This document shows, piece after piece, positions 58,980 through 64,000 of a DNA stretch of 64,000 nucleotides. A model generated the notes under the pieces. The model saw nothing but the letters and a program-made list of their open reading frames with translations. It did no database searches and was not told where the DNA came from. The translations under genes were made by a program, and so were the position numbers. This DNA comes from an archaeon. Lineage in GTDB: Archaea; Micrarchaeota; Micrarchaeia; Anstonellales; Anstonellaceae. Location of the stretch: NCBI GenBank assembly GCA_020056635.1, contig JAGVHI010000004.1, forward strand, positions 2,782-66,781, given 5' to 3'. Numbering within the stretch: the first letter of the stretch is position 1; every line of letters begins with the position of its first letter.

Positions 58980-59413
58980 GACAGGATGAAATAGATGACA
59001 TGGTGGAGGATGGAGTTCTTGTCAAGCGGAACAGGGATGCTGCGAGGGCAAGGACCCTGCTGGAATCTTCCGATGAAGTTTCCAGAGTCATGCTAAAAAT
59101 AGTGCTCGATGAACATTCGGCCAACCCCATCTTCCGGGAGCTCTACGAATGCATACGGCAGCTTGGTGAGGCAAAATTATGGTTAAGCGGCCTTGAAACC
59201 AAGACCCATGAGCCGTGCATGAGGGCGCTGATGGATGAAGATGTGAAGGACAGGCTTAAGCTAAAGCAACTGGATAGGTTTCGGCAGATAAGAAATTCCT
59301 CGCATTATAGGGGCATCAGGGTTTCGGTTGCTACCGCCAATGAAATAATCTATTTCTGGCAAACCTGCGGCGTAGAAATCCTTGAGAGATTGAAAAAGCG
59401 GGCGGCAGTTTAG
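58976..59413 (+). CDS. HEPN-domain protein (partner of the MNT)
   Basis: All-helical, 145 aa. 'RQIRNSSHY' fits the R-x(4-6)-H HEPN motif. ATGA overlap with the MNT gene. Confidence 0.6.
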   Translation: MRQDEIDDMVEDGVLVKRNRDAARARTLLESSDEVSRVMLKIVLDEHSANPIFRELYECIRQLGEAKLWLSGLETKTHEPCMRALMDEDVKDRLKLKQLDRFRQIRNSSHYRGIRVSVATANEIIYFWQTCGVEILERLKKRAAV

Positions 59414-59685
59414 GGGAGTTTTTGCCAAAAATTACGGGAACACCATCCCGTAACCTTGGCTAGTGGGCGATGCGTTTTGGAAAAAACTAAAAGAGCGAGT
59501 AAATGTCCGAGAACAGCGGCTTGGTTTCGCTCACGCTTGCATCATAGGTCTGCAGCACTGTGTTCTGCTCCAAGCGCGAGATGTACGATTCGAGCTTGAG
59601 CGTGCGCAAGCGCTCAACTATTTCGCGCACTTCATTAGTGGACAGGCCGTTTATGTCAATTTTCATTTTTCTCACCAAGCAATAA

Positions 59686-60279
59686 GTGAGTGAATTTTGG
59701 TATTTAAAGCGCCCGAGGCGCCACCTTTCCGGCGGAAAAGACAGAAACTGCAACATGCGGCTGTGCAAACGATATAAACATTCAAGGCAAAAGAGGCCCA
59801 TGCACCCCTTGCCGCCCATTGAAGTGCCCATACGCTCGAATTCACAGAACCATTTCCTGTTCCGGTTCCCGCCCATGGTAGTGCTAATGGCCTCCACCCT
59901 GCCCATGATGGCGTTGGGTTACTATGGGACTAGGAATGGCATGCTTACGAGATCCATCCCTTTCCTGGTTATTTTCATTTCGTCATTCCTTATTGCACCT
60001 GCGTATTTCGTGGTTAGCCTGTTTTTGGCGCGGGGCTACGGAATTAGGGAAGGAAAAGTAAGGTTATACCGCGACATGCGATATGGGAACGCGTGTCGGG
60101 TGCAGCTTGGGAAAAGCGCGCTTTGGGTGCATCCATTTTTTGGCGGGGCGCCCGAAATTGCCGGAACCGGGAGGGATTCCCAGGGGGGTTATGTTCTTCT
60201 TGGAAAGCTGAAACTGAAAGTGTATGCAAGGAAAGAGGAGATGGAGAATGCGATAGAGAAGCTTTCAGCCCGGAATTGA
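59686..60279 (+). CDS. Hypothetical membrane protein (start uncertain, probably internal)
   Basis: Two hydrophobic segments ('MVVLMASTLPMMALGYY', 'IPFLVIFISSFLIAPAYFVVSLFLA') followed by a soluble tail of about 90 aa. The basic first ~60 aa look non-native. Confidence 0.35.
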   Translation: MSEFWYLKRPRRHLSGGKDRNCNMRLCKRYKHSRQKRPMHPLPPIEVPIRSNSQNHFLFRFPPMVVLMASTLPMMALGYYGTRNGMLTRSIPFLVIFISSFLIAPAYFVVSLFLARGYGIREGKVRLYRDMRYGNACRVQLGKSALWVHPFFGGAPEIAGTGRDSQGGYVLLGKLKLKVYARKEEMENAIEKLSARN

Positions 60280-60285
60280 TTTCGC

Positions 60286-61734
60286 TTACCGCACAAACCA
60301 GGGCAGGAAATTCGTAACGAAAGAGAGCAGGATTATCCCTGTAATCGCTTTTTTGAGCAAGGGGCTCTGCACTGAGATGTCCATCACGCGGTAGCCGTCG
60401 AACATCGGGACAGGAAGCAGGTTCACCGCGCCCACGATGAAATTGAGAGCGAATGTGAGCGCGAGTGTCGTGTAAATGAATGCTAGCCACTCGAATCCTG
60501 AGAGAAAGCGCATCCTGCCGAATGCAGAATTCTTGGAAACCGGGTCTAAGTATGCCCCAATCTTGCCATCCTTGTTCGCAATTGCATCGTACGTGCCCTT
60601 GTTGGATTCTATTTTCACAGTGCTCCCAGGCTTGAATTTCTCACCTGTGAACGTGAGCGCGTCCTTCCCGTTTATCGTTTTAATGAGCGTGCCTTGCGGG
60701 ATTATGCTTGTGCCGCTTGTAACGAGCATCCCCGAATCGCGAACATTGTATGTGAGGAATGCAAATGAGATTAGCAGGAAGAATGCAAGAAGCGAGGTCG
60801 CGAAATTGGCAGTCGAGCCTGCAACAAGCACGCGGTGCTGGTCTATGTGCTTTGCGCGCGCAAGCTGCTTCTCATCAGGGTCAATGAATGCGCCTGCCGG
60901 GAGTATTCCGAAAAGCACTACGCCTGCGGAATCAAGCCGGATTTTTGCAATGCGCGCAAGTATCCCGTGGGATGACTCGTGCACTACAAGCAATATTGCA
61001 AGCGCGAGAACTCCCTCAAATAGGGGGAGGTTTATCCCAGGTATTATGAGCGCCGCCCCGGGCTGCGTGCCTGCAAGCGGCGCTGAGTTGCCGAGCATGA
61101 AGTGTGCTATGTTTGAGAGTATGATTGCAGCGTAGGAGATTACGCCTGTTGCGGTAGTGAGCGCGATTCCCCCAAGCACGAGTATGAGAAGGCTTGCAGC
61201 CATTGCAACAAGCTGGTTAGGGCCGAACACGCCGCGCGCCTGCTGCGTTGCGGAAGTGATATCGATTGAGGTCAGCTGGGAGGCGAGCACTGAGAATATT
61301 GCGGGGGAAACGAAAACTGAGAAGAGTATTAGCGCCAAGGTGGAAGCTGCAAGCAATTTTGCCTTGTATTGCAGAGGCTTTCCCTTGAGGAGCGGGACCG
61401 AGAGGAGGCCGAAGCCGAATGCAAGCCCGAAATCTGCAAACAGCGCCCAGAATTTCGGGTGCGAGCGCGCAATCCTATCAAGCAATTCCAATCCCCGCCT
61501 GTCCTTGAGCATGATGATGCCCCATTCCCCGTGCAATTTGAGCAGGGATTTTAGGGCCATGCCGGTGGCTATGAAAAGCGCGATGCACAGGATGAATTTT
61601 GCAACCCCTCCCAAATCTGAGCCCAGTATCCCGAGAAACGAGAACACTGATGCGATTATTACTAATAGGGAAAGCAGTTTCTTCAGGGATGCGATTATTA
61701 CTAATAGGGAAAGCAGTTTCTTGTGCGCCATCAA
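60286..61734 (-). CDS. Site-2 protease (M50 family) with a PDZ-like insert
   Basis: 'LLVVHESSHGILA' (HExxH), '...NLLPVPMFDGYRV' (the LDG-type third ligand motif) and a polytopic membrane profile. Confidence 0.85.
   Translation of the reverse strand: MMAHKKLLSLLVIIASLKKLLSLLVIIASVFSFLGILGSDLGGVAKFILCIALFIATGMALKSLLKLHGEWGIIMLKDRRGLELLDRIARSHPKFWALFADFGLAFGFGLLSVPLLKGKPLQYKAKLLAASTLALILFSVFVSPAIFSVLASQLTSIDITSATQQARGVFGPNQLVAMAASLLILVLGGIALTTATGVISYAAIILSNIAHFMLGNSAPLAGTQPGAALIIPGINLPLFEGVLALAILLVVHESSHGILARIAKIRLDSAGVVLFGILPAGAFIDPDEKQLARAKHIDQHRVLVAGSTANFATSLLAFFLLISFAFLTYNVRDSGMLVTSGTSIIPQGTLIKTINGKDALTFTGEKFKPGSTVKIESNKGTYDAIANKDGKIGAYLDPVSKNSAFGRMRFLSGFEWLAFIYTTLALTFALNFIVGAVNLLPVPMFDGYRVMDISVQSPLLKKAITGIILLSFVTNFLPWFVR
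61649..61722. repeat. In-frame tandem duplication (39-bp period) inside the 5' end of the site-2 protease gene
   Basis: gatgcgattattactaatagggaaagcagtttctt occurs at 61649-61683 and again at 61688-61722. It encodes 'KKLLSLLVIIAS' twice. Confidence 0.9.
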
Positions 61735-61808
61735 ACCCTCTTGCTGCGTGCTATATTAATAAGCCTAGACCAAAATGTTTGGGTTCAATTTAGCGGGGGG
61801 AATGAAAA

Positions 61809-62270
61809 ATGCCTGAGTGCGAAATCTGCGGCAAGCCCAGCGACGGGAGAATCGCAATAGTGGAAGGGGCGAAAATGCAGGTGTGCCCCCAGTGCGAGCA
61901 CCTGGGCAGGACTGTGTGGGTGCCGCAGCCTGAGAGAAGAGAGGAGCCCGCCCGTTCGCGCGCGCCAATGGAATTTGAAGTGATTGAGGGGTACGGGCAG
62001 AAAGTGAAGAGCACAAGGGAAAAGAGAGGGCTTTCGATTGAGGAGCTTGCGAAAAAGATAAATGAGAAAGCGAACTACTTGGAGAGGGTGGAGCACGAGA
62101 AGACGCTTCCGTCAGAGAGCCTGTGCCACAGGTTGCAGAAGGAGCTTGGGATAAAATTGATGGAGCCTGTCGGCAGCGGGAGCGGCCCTGCCTCCAAAAG
62201 CGGGGAGGGAGGGGGAGTGACGCTTGGGGACATCCTGGAAATTGCGGAGAAAAAGAAGAAAGATGATTAA
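61809..62270 (+). CDS. mbf1: Archaeal multiprotein-bridging factor 1 (zinc ribbon plus HTH_3)
   Basis: 'CEICGK...CPQCEHLG' zinc ribbon and 'REKRGLSIEELAKKINEKANYLERVEHEK' cro/C1-type HTH. Confidence 0.8.
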   Translation: MPECEICGKPSDGRIAIVEGAKMQVCPQCEHLGRTVWVPQPERREEPARSRAPMEFEVIEGYGQKVKSTREKRGLSIEELAKKINEKANYLERVEHEKTLPSESLCHRLQKELGIKLMEPVGSGSGPASKSGEGGGVTLGDILEIAEKKKKDD

Positions 62271-63109
62271 TGCGCGTTTGGGCGGCGGCCCCCGTGGCGG
62301 TGCGTGAAATTAGCACTATGCGTTGGCCTTGCCGCTCGCGCGGCAAGCAGCCTTCCCATATCCCTGTCATTCTTGAAATCCGCATATCGGTGCAGGTCTG
62401 AATCACGGGTGGTGTCGCCAAGCATCTTGAAATGGAAAATGCCGGAGTTGTGAAGCCTGTCTAATGTGCTGCCATTTTTATAGATGCGGTCAAATGCGTC
62501 TGCAAGTATTTCTAGCAGCTTGATTTCAGCGATTGAATATTTTCTGGTAAGACTGGAGAATGCAGGGATGTCAGCCTCGCAACCACCTGATAAAATTCCT
62601 GAGAAGCATTCCTTCAGCAGTTCTGCAGCCCTGATTGAGGGGTGCATCCAGGCAACCTCTTGGATAATGTATGCCAATTCCTTGCGCGCGGAAAACATTT
62701 CATAATCGTGTGTCTGGCGCGCGAACCCGAATATTGCAATAAGCAGCCTTCCTTCTTCTGTTTTTTCAGCCTCAAGCCCAGCCTGGAGCAATATGCTGCC
62801 AACCCCATCCAACCCGATTTCCAGGTACCGGTTTGCCAAATATTCTTTGGCTGGAAGGCTGCCCACATGGCCGATTAGGAAATATTGGTCGCGCAGCACC
62901 CCTAGCACGTGTTCCTCGCCGAATTTTGCAACAAGTTCTTGGCCCGGGGCGGATTTAATGAAGCTTGAGAAGATTGCTTCCATGCCCTTTGCTTCATCCG
63001 CGCTGAATATGCCGTTTTTTGAGCCTGAAGGGGCGTCCTTTTTCAATAACGCGCCCCTAAAACCCGCTGGCGGAATGGAATCTTGACCGTTCCCTTCGCC
63101 AGTTCCCAC
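62267..63109 (-). CDS. Hypothetical protein
   Basis: 280-aa ORF with 4-nt end-to-end overlap with mbf1 on the opposite strand. No family recognised. Confidence 0.45.
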   Translation of the reverse strand: MGTGEGNGQDSIPPAGFRGALLKKDAPSGSKNGIFSADEAKGMEAIFSSFIKSAPGQELVAKFGEEHVLGVLRDQYFLIGHVGSLPAKEYLANRYLEIGLDGVGSILLQAGLEAEKTEEGRLLIAIFGFARQTHDYEMFSARKELAYIIQEVAWMHPSIRAAELLKECFSGILSGGCEADIPAFSSLTRKYSIAEIKLLEILADAFDRIYKNGSTLDRLHNSGIFHFKMLGDTTRDSDLHRYADFKNDRDMGRLLAARAARPTHSANFTHRHGGRRPNAH

Positions 63110-63222
63110 GATTTGATTTATTCAACCAATGGTATATATAGATTGCGATATGGTGGGATGGGATTGCTGGCAGGAAACTGGAGATACATTTTATAATCTC
63201 GTCTTGCAAGCAAACTTAGGTG

Positions 63223-64000
63223 GTGCCCGTGCCCAACATTTTATGGTTCAACCAAATCACAAAAGACAACATCCCGCAGGCTGGCGGGAAGGGCGCGAAC
63301 CTTGGGGAGATGACACAGGCGGGTTTTCCCATTCCGCCAGGCTTTGTAGTGACATCTGACGCGTATTTTGCATTCATCAAGCACAATAGGATAGATGCGT
63401 TCATAATTGACCAAACTACTGATTTGGACACTTCGAAAATGGACCAGCTGAATCTTGTTGCAGAGGCGGTTAAGAACAGGATACTTTCTGGCGAAATCCC
63501 GTCCCAAATCAGGAAAGATATAGTGAGTTCTTACATGGGGATGGAAAAGGGCAGGGAGCCGTATGTTGCAGTGCGCTCGAGCGCAACTGCAGAGGATTTG
63601 CCTGATGCGTCATTTGCAGGCCAGCAGTCCACCTACCTCAATATCAAGGGCCCGAACAATGTGGTGCAGGCGGTGAAAGAGTGCTGGGCATCGCTGTTCG
63701 AGCCAAGGGCGATTTTTTATCGGGTGGAAAACAAGTTTGAGCATATGAAAGTGGGGCTGGCTGCAGTTGTGCAGGAGATGGTGCAGTCCGAGAAATCAGG
63801 CGTGATATTCACAGTGGAGCCTGTTGAGGAGGACCACAACCTGATTTCAATTGAGGCGGCTTATGGATTGGGCGAGATTGTGGTGTCCGGCTCAGTAACC
63901 CCGGATAGGTATCTTGTGAGCAAGAAGAATTTTGAAATTGTGAGCAAGGAAATTTTCAAGCAGACCTGGATGATTACCAAGGTGAATGAGGAGAATGTGC
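63223..64000 (+). CDS. ppsA: Phosphoenolpyruvate synthase / pyruvate, water dikinase, N-terminal part (3'-truncated by the window edge)
   Basis: Not in the ORF track because it has no stop in the window. Frame 1 after the stop at 63217-63219 reads 'VPNILWFNQITKDNIPQAGGKGANLGEMTQAGFPIPPGFVVTSDAYF...AVRSSATAEDLPDASFAGQQSTYLNI', the classic PPDK_N ATP-grasp motifs. GTG starts are possible at 63220, 63223 or 63229. Confidence 0.85.
   Translation, partial: MPVPNILWFNQITKDNIPQAGGKGANLGEMTQAGFPIPPGFVVTSDAYFAFIKHNRIDAFIIDQTTDLDTSKMDQLNLVAEAVKNRILSGEIPSQIRKDIVSSYMGMEKGREPYVAVRSSATAEDLPDASFAGQQSTYLNIKGPNNVVQAVKECWASLFEPRAIFYRVENKFEHMKVGLAAVVQEMVQSEKSGVIFTVEPVEEDHNLISIEAAYGLGEIVVSGSVTPDRYLVSKKNFEIVSKEIFKQTWMITKVNEENV

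Noticed and set aside
59487-59906. 139-aa minus-strand ORF (possibly a 59-aa protein from the ATG at 59666) and the overlapping plus-strand ORF 59463..59693
   Set aside because: Neither has a recognisable motif. They overlap each other and the 5' end of the next listed ORF. Coding status cannot be decided from sequence alone, so they are not reported as features.
60476-61759. Two plus-strand ORFs (219 aa and 200 aa) opposite the site-2 protease gene
   Set aside because: The minus-strand frame carries HExxH and the M50 third-ligand motif. The plus-strand ORFs are S/A/P-rich shadows.
61765-62421. 218-aa minus-strand ORF antisense to mbf1
   Set aside because: mbf1 has a clear zinc ribbon plus HTH. 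The antisense frame is P/S/R-rich low complexity.

Overview
This window looks archaeal. It carries ribosomal protein S8e, Trm1, Cgi121, aMBF1, an archaeal-type TrpRS, an intron-containing tRNA-Cys, TATA boxes about 25-30 nt upstream of start codons, and proteins with class III (prepilin-type) signal peptides. The gene content suggests a small-genome, DPANN-like lineage, but that lineage call is inference only. Housekeeping genes include pyrC/pyrK/pyrD, purH, NMN adenylyltransferase, speH, trpS, trm1, rps8e, a 5' fragment of ppsA, an FKBP, a site-2 protease, tRNA-Arg(CCG) and tRNA-Cys(GCA). The accessory content is the more interesting part. (1) A tightly coupled type IV filament operon (5.1-12 kb) has an ArlI/PilB-like ATPase, a split TadB/TadC-like platform, a long P/A-rich protein, a coiled-coil protein and a divergent wHTH-repeat protein, and it lies next to three single-domain KaiC/ArlH-like ATPases. 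(2) A modular family of at least four surface proteins, three of which carry a pilin-type signal peptide (the fourth is 5'-truncated by the window edge). It includes tandem giants of 1,304 and 2,495 aa. The larger one fuses CARDB-like domains, knottin-like Cys modules, a heparinase II/III-like region and a clan GH-A-like barrel, and it ends in a C-terminal TM anchor. Together, (1) and (2) look like a bindosome-like, pilus-machinery-dependent enzyme display system, which is my top candidate for something undescribed. (3) Two loci encode tandem lipobox proteins built from a ~26-aa two-cysteine repeat. (4) Small mobile or selfish modules are present: an AT-rich islet at tRNA-Cys with a 17-bp att duplication, a RelE/ParE-like cassette flanked by 27-bp direct repeats, and an MNT-HEPN pair. 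All functional calls come from motif recognition by eye. No database search was run.
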